A stretch of DNA of 63,882 bases, counting the filler, from Stramenopiles sp. TOSAG23-3 (lineage: Eukaryota), in the NCBI GenBank assembly GCA_900128585.1. It is 12 parts of 12 records of this genome, joined end to end, with 100 filler letters (N's around TTAATTAATTAA, not from the genome) between each part and the next. Parts side by side here need not be neighbours in the genome. Positions count along the whole stretch, not along the records: positions 16,474 to 24,603 come from LT643061.1; positions 24,704 to 32,829 come from LT643062.1; positions 32,930 to 41,047 come from LT643063.1; 9 more parts are not named here. The stretch is one strand, 5' to 3'. Position numbers and translations under genes: made by a program. This document shows, in pieces, positions 23,290 to 33,532 of this stretch. The notes under the pieces were generated by a model. It was not told where the DNA came from. It ran no database searches and saw only the letters and a list, made by a program, of their open reading frames with translations. Every line of letters starts with the position of its first letter. Positions within the stretch are counted from its first letter, which is position 1.

Positions 23290-23879
23290 CTGTCTCTCTT
23301 GGGGACTTAGTCTGTCTACTGTCAAAGGATGCAAAAAAACAAAAGAAAAGATCTTACAGTAACAAGAAAAATGATGTACAGGAAAGAGGAGGCATAGGGG
23401 TTGGAAGAAACATTTCATTATAACATTATAATATTACTTTAATTACACTTTGCATCATATATTCAACGCGATTCTCTTATGTGGGTGAATAATTTGATCA
23501 AACAACAACAACCTCCGCCTTTGGCCATACCACCATGCTCCACTTCCCACTCACCACTCACTGGTCCACCATGATGATAAAATCTTATTACAATGATATA
23601 GTATAATGATTCTCCAATGAAAATAACTCAGTAAGAAGATGATATTGAACATAAAAGGTATATAGTAATGTTTTAATAAACCCAAAAAGAAAAGAAAAAA
23701 GAAGGTAAAACCGTTCAAGAACCCAAACTCCTCCTTGTTCCAGAATAATGAGAAGATGATATTGATATCAATCCACATATCATTTATTATTTTAGTTTTT
23801 TTTCTCAATTAAGAGTAAATATATTATATTATAAATAGTTAAACAAGCCAAGGACTGTGGGAGAGGATAGACCGCGCCG

Positions 23880-24603
23880 ACCACACCCACCATTCATCGG
23901 TCTTCCTGCTCCATTTTGCTGTTCTTCAGCATTTTGGAACTCCCGCTGGCCTTTTCCTTGTACTCGCTGCTGACGGTGCTGTCGTGGTGGCCAAACGTAA
24001 GATCCCGCCTCCCACCTGGAAGAAAATGTCCCAAGGGTTTGTTTTGTTTTGGAACCGTCGTACGCTTTTGTCTTTGTCAACTTCGACCTTCAGCACTTTT
24101 GGTGGTTGCATCACTTTCTGAAAGAAGCGGAGGGGTAGATCAGATCCTCCCCATTGTGCCAGTGTTAACACGGCCCACGGGAAAATTTGAACACGGTCGT
24201 AGATGATTGTTGCCCAAAACATCGGGAAAATCAAGGAAAAGTGCCCCATAAGGTAGAACGCTTCCCAGTTTTTTCGTCTGATCGGCGCAGACGACATTAG
24301 GACCAGCAAGCACAAGCAAACCACGCTGACTACGCCCGCGACCGGGTTGGTATCGCACATGCAGAGGTCAGACGAAAACGTTCGCGTGGTGAGCCCTCCA
24401 ATAGCAAAGAATACCCACGCAGCAATGGCGATAACAACAGACGCGTAACCATGCGCGGCATGGTACGCCACTGCGCGCTCCATTGGCATCCCCGTGAACG
24501 AGAACCAAAAGAAGTTGTTTTTCGTCCCGAGAGACACCTGGACGGGCAAGGAGCTGTAGAAGACTTCCATCAATGCGTGTGCGGCTGCACGTGCGGCTCC
24601 ACT
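23880..24603 (-). pseudogene. Ferric reductase-like protein, frameshifted and truncated; 5' end cut by the scaffold edge
   Basis: KNNF..FTGMPMERAVAYH and IRRKNWEAFYLMGH; the FAD-domain start WEAGSYVW is in another frame and similarity then stops. Confidence 0.7.
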
Positions 24604-24703
24604 NNNNNNNNNNNNNNNNNNNNNNNNNNNNNNNNNNNNNNNNNNNNTTAATTAATTAANNNNNNNNNNNNNNNNNNNNNNNNNNNNNNNNNNNNNNNNN
24701 NNN

Positions 24704-25870
24704 TGAGAATGATAGTCAAGACTAAGTGACAAGGGTATATCGATTAGTAAGACCAAAAGAGCAAAGATAAGTTCGCAGTTCAGGAAGGAATGCAAATTTA
24801 AAATGTCTAAATCTAGATTTCAGTTCGCAGTACACTAATTTTAATTACTTAAATAACAGCCAATTTTCTTGTTTAAATTTTAATTACTTAAATAACAGCC
24901 AATTCTCTTGTTTTCAGACTGTCCTCATTTTATATCAATTACGATTTCAGTTCAAACCGTAAACCTGTCTTGATGTTTTATTAATTTGATTCTTTAATTT
25001 CGTTTCGTTGGTTGTCAATCACTGAGGAATTATTTATATTCCAATGAGAAGAATTACTACCAAGTGATAATATTTCTTTTCTTGTTATAGGTGATCTGTA
25101 CTCAACAATCCGACCCAATTCCCAGTCAAAGAGTAATTAAAATTTAGCTTCCTCGTATACCGCGAAAATGAATCTACTCAGCTTTTGTTTCTTCGTTTTG
25201 TTTGATCATAGCGTGATGTTTCTACGCTATGAATATCATTGTTTTTAATGATTAATTTGAATTCTTTTTCTTGGGAGCCAATATCGTAACATGGTTACAA
25301 TTTTCTTGTTTGCATTCACTCATTTCTAGCAATATTCCCAATCCGATAATGTATACTAACAGTGTCATTTACTATATGTAACTAATATACACAGCATCTA
25401 ATTTAGTGCAGTGTAATTTTATAAAATTCTTACCTCGGGGCTTTTGAAGTAATTTAAAAACAAAAAATTGGCTGTTATTTAAGTAATGAAAATTCCCTTG
25501 TCACTTAGTCTTGACTATCGTTCTTATGTGTACTCCATGCATGATCCGAATCAGCGTGTGGAATTGCATCAACGTCAAAAGACCCATAATCAACTTCCTC
25601 ATCCAATGTCTCAATTATAGATGAATCATCCCTTGTGTAATTTTCCAAGCAGCGGCGTGAATGTTTTTACGGTGCTCGTTGTCTGTCTTGTAAACCAGTC
25701 AAGGAATTGTCATTTGTGAATTGAGGTGTCGGGAGAAGGTCGTTACGATCGGTATGCGTAATCGGCATTTGTGGGTTTTGTTGCGGTTGTAAAGGTTCGG
25801 TGGGCGGTGCTGTGGTTCTTTGGTTGGCCAATTGGGATCTCCTCCTGCTGGAGATGTTTAAAATTAAAAT
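24704..25870. repeat. Cluster of the 3'-flank repeat family
   Basis: TTAATTACTTAAATAACAGCCAATT twice forward (24841, 24880) and once reversed (~25460), plus decayed ORF modules in both orientations. Confidence 0.9.
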
Positions 25871-25935
25871 CAAAAATTTAATTTCCCGAATATGGTGGTT
25901 TAGTTTTCGCTTTAACTGTTAGTTAATCTGCCTTG

Positions 25936-27426
25936 TTAGGCGATCAATTCGTCAACAGTATCTAGGCATTTGTGCAGAATATCAAACCCCGCTTTAATTT
26001 CTTCCGGGCGTATTATTAATGGGGGGGTGCAATGGACATGATGGCCGCGCATAATCGTAACCAGGCCTTCTTCTTTCATGCGTTTCTTCAACACCGCCTG
26101 GCCTTCCGAAACCTCATGCATGTTCATCATAAAATTACCATCTTTCTTTGCAAGGTCGAACCCTGCCCCGAGACCGACAACTCGCCCCTGTTTAACGGAT
26201 GGGTGCAACTCAACCAGTTTCTCCATCTCCTTTTTCATTATGGGCTCCATTTTTTGGACGTGCCCAAGTATATCGTGCTCAAGGGTATACTTCAAAGTCG
26301 CGTACCCAGCCTCCATACAGACTGGATGCGCAAAGTATGTCGAGCCATAGCCTAGCGGATTTCCCCGAAAATGTTCATAAATTTCAGTGGTCACACCAAC
26401 ACCGCTTAAGGGCAAGTAAGCAGATGTTACCCCTTTCGCAAACGTATACATGTCGGGTACCACACCATCGTAATGCTGAAACCCGAACATTTTCCCTGTT
26501 CGGCCAAAGCCTGTCATGACCTCGTCCGACACAAGCAAAATGCCGTACTCGTCACATAATGCTCGCACGCCTTGCATAAAGGACTCGTGCGGTAGCAGCC
26601 AGCCATTTGCCCCCGTAACAGGCTCTAAAAATATCGCCGCAATAGACTGTGGGCCTTCCCACAAAATTTGGTCGTGCAAAGCGTGCAGGCATTTTTCCAC
26701 AGACTTTACGGGGTCTTCGTCCCACTGGAAATGGAAGGGAAAGGGATCCAGCATTTTGACGAAACCACTGGCTGTGGCATCGACGGCCCATGTCCGTGGG
26801 TCCCCGGTCATTGCAAGGGACGAAGTACTGCCCCCGTGATATGAGCGGTAGCGGCTGATAATTTTTGGTCTGCCAGTAAACCGGCGAGCCATCCGCTGCG
26901 CAGCTTCATTTGCTTCAGATCCCCCAGACGCAAAAAAAAAGCTATCGAGGTCCCCTGGTGAAATTTCCGCCAGCAGGGCACACAGTCGTGCCCTTGGGTC
27001 ATGAGTGGCGACATCCCCGTACACGAATGCGTTGTTGTCCAGTTGGTTAACTATCGCAGTTTTTATTGATTCCGGTACAGAGTGTCCCAAGTTTGTACAT
27101 ACAGCGCCAGCACTCCAGTCCAAGTATTTTTTATCGTTTTCATCATAGATATACACGCCCTCCGTCCGGCTGGCGTGGATAGCGGTTTCGCGCAAGGCAT
27201 CGCTTGCCCCCCAAGAAAATATAGAGTTTTTCTCGATTGCAGAGCTGACATCTTTATGGTCCCACTTTTCGATGCTGTGTTTAGCAGCATCATACACACC
27301 AGTAGAATTGTCTTTTGATTTAAACTTAGGGAAGGCATTGGTGTTTCCCTGAAAATCTAAAGTAGTAGAAAACCCGAAACCGATAGGCCGGTTCAAAAGT
27401 ATTCGCCTAGATTGTCGAAGGAGCAT
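25936..27426 (-). CDS. Class III PLP aminotransferase (omega-amino acid / taurine-pyruvate type) with a likely mitochondrial presequence
   Basis: GGSEANEAA, YRSYHG, IFLEPVTG, DEVMTGFGRTG, FAKGVTSAYLPL; Arg-rich N-terminus. Confidence 0.93.
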   Translation of the reverse strand: MLLRQSRRILLNRPIGFGFSTTLDFQGNTNAFPKFKSKDNSTGVYDAAKHSIEKWDHKDVSSAIEKNSIFSWGASDALRETAIHASRTEGVYIYDENDKKYLDWSAGAVCTNLGHSVPESIKTAIVNQLDNNAFVYGDVATHDPRARLCALLAEISPGDLDSFFFASGGSEANEAAQRMARRFTGRPKIISRYRSYHGGSTSSLAMTGDPRTWAVDATASGFVKMLDPFPFHFQWDEDPVKSVEKCLHALHDQILWEGPQSIAAIFLEPVTGANGWLLPHESFMQGVRALCDEYGILLVSDEVMTGFGRTGKMFGFQHYDGVVPDMYTFAKGVTSAYLPLSGVGVTTEIYEHFRGNPLGYGSTYFAHPVCMEAGYATLKYTLEHDILGHVQKMEPIMKKEMEKLVELHPSVKQGRVVGLGAGFDLAKKDGNFMMNMHEVSEGQAVLKKRMKEEGLVTIMRGHHVHCTPPLIIRPEEIKAGFDILHKCLDTVDELIA

Positions 27427-27753
27427 GCTTGCTAATTGTGTTTTATTTTGGAACGTGAAAAGTGTCGCGTATACAGTATTCTCTGGGGCTGTTTTTTTGT
27501 TGCTCTGGTTTATGGGACTGTTGATTCTTCAAGCCCAGCATTGTTGTTAGTTACTAAGAATTGTCGACGGGTGTAAAGACGACGTTTTGAGTTATAGTTG
27601 AACAACAACAAAATGTCTGCGGCCCGCACGTAGATGATCCTCCTGATTTTTTTATATATTTAATATTATTATATCGCTAGTAGTAGAAGGAAGAAGAGGG
27701 AGGGAGATTTTTCCAAAAATAATAAATACTATAGACACTATAGTCTAATACAA

Positions 27754-28168
27754 TTGAACTTTGCACGGAAAGTTAACAGAGCTGGGGGGGAGGGAGCGAA
27801 AAAAATTTCAGTTTTTTTTTACCATTTTTTAACCTACTGTTTTAATGCTGTAATCATATTATTAAGTGTACAATATCATCATAGCATATAGTATAATGTT
27901 ATAACATAGACGTATAGCGGAAAAAAAAGTTCTGTTCTTCTTAAAGTTTAAATTGTTATTTGTCATTTTTTTTGTTAGCAGAAGAAAGAACGAATATCGT
28001 GAAAATAAGGAATCCTCCTCCCTAACATTATACTATATGCTATGAGGATATTGTGCACTTAATAATATTGATACAGCATTAAAACAGTAGGTTAAAAAAT
28101 GGTAAAAAAATGAAATTTTTTTCGCTCCCCCCCCCCTCCTCCCCTGTTCCCTACCTTGCAAAGTACAA
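27754..28168. mobile_element. Foldback / MITE-like element with ~145-bp imperfect inverted arms
   Basis: 27758-27901 is the near reverse complement of 28023-28164, around a ~120-bp spacer. Confidence 0.75.
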
Positions 28169-28760
28169 AAAAAAAACACCTTGACGCTCTGCTCTAGCCA
28201 GCTCTGACGGGACTCTTCCATCTAAGTATTAAGGTTTAAACTATAATATAATTGTTTTTTTAACATAACATTTTGTAATCTAATTAANNNNNNNNNNNNN
28301 NNNNNNNNNNNNNNNNNNNNNNNNNNNNNNNNNNNNNNNNNNNNNNNNNNNNNNNNNNNNNNNNNNNNNNNNNNNNNNNNNNNNNNNCAACAATTAATTA
28401 AAGCTTGCCCCATACAATAGTGTTAATACTAGGTTAATTAAAAGTATTTATCATTCCCTTAAAACATTTAGATCAAGGGTTGTCGCCCGAACGGGAGGCT
28501 ATTATTATTATTAAATTATTATTATTAATAATATTTAACAGAATTAGATTCAGTTCAGTTCAGCTCATTATTCAGAGTTAGTTTAAGCATGAAGATCACG
28601 CACCATCATCCGCCGCATTTATTACAAAGTTTTATCAACTGTTCGACAAGAATCGAGCTTGTCCATCAAGCACAAAGAACCAAACCTAAATTACGCATTC
28701 CAATACTAGCCCGTCTAGTCTCTTGAGAGATTTACAATACCCTCCAACTTTTCTGTCTTC

Positions 28761-31700
28761 ATGGCCGCTATTGTTCAAATTCGGTACTCTCTTGGGCATT
28801 CTGCTCCCAAGGTCGAGGACGTCAGACCAATCGAGTTTTATAAAGTTGCCAAATTTCCTGCGCCACAGGATAACTGTGCCATAGCTACGTGCACTATTGA
28901 AGCCGGGACAAAGTTGCTAATGCCTAACAATTGCGACGTTTATACAATTTCGCATCGTATATTAGAAGGGCACAGGTTTGCGGGGACTACGATGAAAAAA
29001 GATGACGTTTTATATTCGTGGAATCTTCCGTTTGGAAAAATGATAAAAACAGTTACACCAGGGTCATACTTAGTAAATAATACAATCATTGAAGCTCTAG
29101 AACGGCGGAACGTAACGAATTTGCCAGAAGCTAATTTCGAAGATGAAATCATTCCATATATATTAAATGATGATACAAAAATCCAAGCGTGTGAACAGGT
29201 ACCTTTGTATGATAAAAAAGAAACGTTTGCGGGGTACAAAAGGAAAGGGGGGCGTGGTACAGGAACTCGAAATTATATCGTAATAATGTCCTCGTCCTCC
29301 TTATCGGCGCCGTTTGCGAGGGAATTGGCTAAAATTACGAATGAATTAACCTCTAAATGCAAAAATGTTGATGGTGTCGTACCGATCGCCCACACAGAAG
29401 GCAGCATTGAAGGTGCTAATCGCAATCTCGTTGTTCGAACTTTGGCTGGTTTCACCGTGCACCCAAATGTTGGTTGCTGCTTGTTAGTTGACTTTGGGTA
29501 TGAAGATATAACGACAACCGACATATTATCATTTGATAACGAGCACTTTCAATCCAGACTGAAAGATACTCGAAAAAAACAATTAAGGTTAACCTCTAAT
29601 ATTGAAAATGATTTGGTAATCGGTAAAAAAATTGTTGAAGACTTTATTGGAATACTTGAAAAAGACACTAGGTCTACACAAACATTTGATCAAATCAAGG
29701 TCGCGCTGCAATGCGGGGGGTCTGACGCTTTTTCAGGGTAAGTTTTCAAAAAAACCCTCTATACGAAAGAAAAAGATGTCTAACAAACTAATAATTTTTT
29801 TATGTTTCTAGAGTTAGCGCAAACCCGACCGTTGGAGCGGTTGCAAGGTACGTCATTTAAAATATTATTTGTTTACAGCAAAAAAAACATATGTCTAACA
29901 ACCAAACAACTTAAAAAATTCTTCTCAGGGAAGTGTTGAAGAACGGAGGGGGTGCTGTATTGGCCGAGACGGATGAATTGATTGGTGCAGAATCCCATAT
30001 ACTTGGAAAAGTACGCAATAGAACCGTTGCAGAAAAGTTTCTACGGACGGTACAAAATTTCAAAGATTGGATGAGCTGGCATGGACAAACCGCGGAAAAC
30101 AACCCGAGTGGTGGAAACAAACTAAGAGGAATTTACAACATTACGTTGAAAAGTATTGGTGCTGGTATGAAAAAACCAAAAGACGTGCGTTTAGATTATG
30201 TAGTGGACTATGGTGAGTTGCAAAAAGAAAATTATGGTTACACTTTCATGAATAGCCCTGGGAACGATTTGGAAAGTGTTGCAGGGCAAGTAGCAACTGG
30301 GTGTAATTTCATATTATTTACCACTGGAAATGGCGCTGTTACAAACCACCCCTTTGTACCAACGTTAAAAGTTATTACCACAACTCGCCGTTATGAATTA
30401 TTAAAACATGATATGGACTTTAATGCAGGAAGATTTCAAGATCCTTCAAGCAAAGTTCCAATCGATGTACTGGGAAAAGAATTATTCAATACTTTGAAAC
30501 AATGTGCATCTGGTAAACGCACGATAGGTGAAATAGCTGGGCATTCGCAGGTCCAGTTGTGGCGTAGTTGGCACTTTACAAGCAAAGATCAAATGAAAAC
30601 ATGTGAGGGGAGGAAACTTGATCAGGATGCGATGAAAGGTGATGCAAAGAGGACAGCATGGGACACCAACTGTAAACAGCATGCGTCTATTGATACACGC
30701 AAAGTAAACCAAAAAAATAATATCACGTGCAATTATGTTGTTGGCGGTAATAAAAATTTGAATAACTATAATGATACGAATCAATTTACAAGTGACTCTG
30801 TTGCCTTGATAATTGCAACAAGTTTATGTTCCTCCGAAGTTTCGCAGCAAATTGCAGATATATTAAATAAAAAATTGTTGCAGGCTGGGAATACTGATAG
30901 TAGTATTACAGTTACTAAAAATAGTGTGCCCATCACTAGGTTCGTCTGTTGCTCCCACACGGAGGGCTGTGGTTCAATGCACGCGGATGGCAACGCCGAA
31001 GCCAATATACCATTTCGAACATTATTAGGGCATCTGAAGCATCCAAGTGTAGCGACAGGCTTCCTTGTGGAACATGGTTGTGAAAAACATCATAATAAGT
31101 ATTTCAAGCAGCAAATGAAACGTTACCAGATGGATCCAGGTAAGTATGGCTGGGCCTCTATCCAATTAGGGGGCGGTTTGAAAAATTGTATAAGCAAATG
31201 TGTGGAATATTTTTTTCCCTACGAAGAAGAAACTATCAAAATTGGAGCAGACATTACACCAATACTCCGTATAAACAATACCTTTCCATTGCCTAAAATG
31301 AAAATTGGGGTGTATTCCATTGGGAATAGTAATCGCAGAAACGGGAAAAGTCGTATTGGCAATCAAAATACAATCCCAGAACAATTAGCAATTGGGGCAT
31401 CTGAATTTATACAGTATTGCTTACAAAAAAAAGCAGTTCCCATAATGTCGTCGCAATGTTTGCTTTTAAAATCACCATTGTTTTTAGATGAAATTTTTGA
31501 AAGTCAAAATAATACTAACCCCACTATTGCATTTGCACAAATACCCCCTGAAGAAAACGAAAATAGTTCGAATGGGTTGCATATAATGAATGCACCAACT
31601 AAGGAATTAATTGAAACGTTTACTGCATTTGCGGCAAGTGGTTGCATTGTTACAGTTATTTTTTCTCCTACGATGGTGCATGTACCAAATCATCCATTCA

Positions 31701-31852
31701 TGCCAGTTGTCTTACATAACAAATTTGATACATTAAATGATTTATTGAAGAAAATTGTTTGTGCTATTGAATGCAACAGCAGAAAATTTGGGGAAAAAAG
31801 TTTTATGGAAGGTTTTCAAATTGCCCGGGGACTGACGGGCATTAGTGTGTAA
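28761..31852 (+). CDS. UxaA/GarD/SuyAB-family dehydratase, long form; exons 28761-29737, 29812-29847, 29929-31852
   Basis: SAF-like N-terminus, GTRNYI, spliced CGGSDAFSGVSANP..AVLAETDELIGAE, NPSGGN, GNDLESVAGQVATGC, FTTGNG. Both introns are GT-AG with a TCTAAC branch site. Confidence 0.92.
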
Positions 31853-31878
31853 AACAACACCATAATTCAGTTTATCTA

Positions 31879-31956
31879 AATTATAAAGTAAATGTAAGAC
31901 AGACAATTATAAAGTAAATGTAAGACAGACAATTATAAAGTAAATGTAAGACAGAC
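31879..31956 (+). repeat. Three perfect 26-nt tandem repeats
   Basis: AATTATAAAGTAAATGTAAGACAGAC at 31879, 31905 and 31931. Confidence 0.95.
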
Positions 31957-32829
31957 AACGAGCACCTTCAAAACAATTACGCCGCTGCTTGGAAATCACA
32001 CAAGGTCTGACTCTTCAATGAGTGAGATATCGGATGAGGAAGTTGATTACGGGTCATTTGACATCGTCGAAAGTTCAAATATCCATTCGGGCTATGCATG
32101 GAGTATACCAAAGAATGATAGTCAAGACTACGTGACAAGAGTAAATTGATCGAGAAAATCACAGGAGCAGAGATAAGTTCGCAGTACATGAAGGGAGCAA
32201 ACATTTAAAGGGCAAGGAGCAGATTCACATTCGCGGTACATGAAGAAGATAAATTATAATTAGTTGTAATCCTCGAATGTCTTAATCTAGAGTTCAGTTC
32301 GCAGTTAATTAATTTTAATTACTTATTAATAAACAAGAAAATTGTTATTTAAGTAATTACTTCAATAACAGCCAATTTTCTTGTTTTTTTTTAATTACTT
32401 AATAAATAACAGCCTGTATTTTGTTTTTAATGTTAAATTAACAGCCGCCAATTTTTTGTTTTTATTAGTCTAATGTAAAAAAAAACAAATTATATAGTAG
32501 TATGTTTTAGACTAAGACTCTCATTTTAAATCAATTACTATTTCAGTTCCAACCCTAACCCTATCTTGATGTTTTAATTTGTTTTTAATGTTTCCAATAT
32601 ATTTGAGTAAATGCTTCCACTCTTGATTTGTAAACCAATGTCTCAGTCTTTAAATTATTTCTAAATTTAGAGTTCAGTTCGCAGTACATAAATTTTAATT
32701 ACTAAATAACAGCCAATTTTCTTGTTTTTAATGTATATTTACAATTTAAGCTCCCCCGACATCTCAACTCACAGATGACAATCCCATGACTAACTTACAA
32801 GGCAGACAACGAGCACCTCAAAAACAATT
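31946..32829. repeat. Cluster of the 3'-flank repeat family
   Basis: Modules GACAGACAACGAGCACC, GAGTTCAGTTCGCAG, AATAACAGCCAATTTTCTTG and CAAATTATATAGTAGTATGTTTT. Confidence 0.9.
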
Positions 32830-32930
32830 NNNNNNNNNNNNNNNNNNNNNNNNNNNNNNNNNNNNNNNNNNNNTTAATTAATTAANNNNNNNNNNNNNNN
32901 NNNNNNNNNNNNNNNNNNNNNNNNNNNNNT

Positions 32931-33008
32931 GGTGTTACCATCGCTGCCGGTGGTGTTCTCCCAAACATCCACGCTGTTCTTCTCCCAAAAAAGAAAGGCA
33001 AGCAATAA
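32931..33008 (+). CDS. H2A: Histone H2A C-terminal fragment, cut by the scaffold edge
   Basis: Translates GVTIAAGGVLPNIHAVLLPKKKGKQ*. Confidence 0.95.
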   Translation, partial: GVTIAAGGVLPNIHAVLLPKKKGKQ

Positions 33009-33087
33009 ATGTCTTGCTTGTTACTCTTTTCATAAGAAAAACAAACAACGACGAGCGTCCTTGTACGCTCGATCAATCAAAACAAAT

Positions 33088-33103
33088 GGTTTTCATAAAA
33101 ACC
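33088..33103 (+). promoter_or_regulatory. Histone mRNA 3' stem-loop-like element
   Basis: GGTTTT-CATA-AAAACC (6-bp stem, 4-nt loop) after an AC-rich leader, 80 nt past the H2A stop. Confidence 0.7.
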
Positions 33104-33532
33104 GCATTTTTCAAACAATCGAAAAGATAGAACTCTTGTCTCCTCTTCTTCACTGTACCCCCTTCTTCAACAATATATATAATTACAACCAAGTTTTTTC
33201 CTCTCTTCTGTGTGACCATGTAGAGATACTTATTCACTCACCGTCGTCGTGATTTGCTGCGTAGTAGTACTTTATATCTAAGCAATTTAACTATGGTCAT
33301 TGTGTAGTCTACCAAATGAACATAGGAACCAATGAAATATACTACGCGACAGAAATTAAAATGTACAAAGTATGTTCCTCATGTACCGCGACATAACTTA
33401 AAAATTTTATTACATTCTTTTACCCAAGCTTGAGACCACATTTTTTCACGCTTTGCCTGTTCTGTTCTGCACACTTGTTTCAACGTTTCCTGTTCTGGAC
33501 GCCATCCGTGCCCCGCCCCAGATGTTTTAACT

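Noticed and set aside
24720-24775. In-frame TAA in the repeat ORF as evidence of a reassigned genetic code
   Set aside because: Conserved genes here (H2A, dehydrogenase, AspRS, aminotransferase) end in TAA and have no internal stops.
31879-31956. Short direct repeats as a CRISPR array
   Set aside because: No spacers, eukaryotic context, no cas genes.
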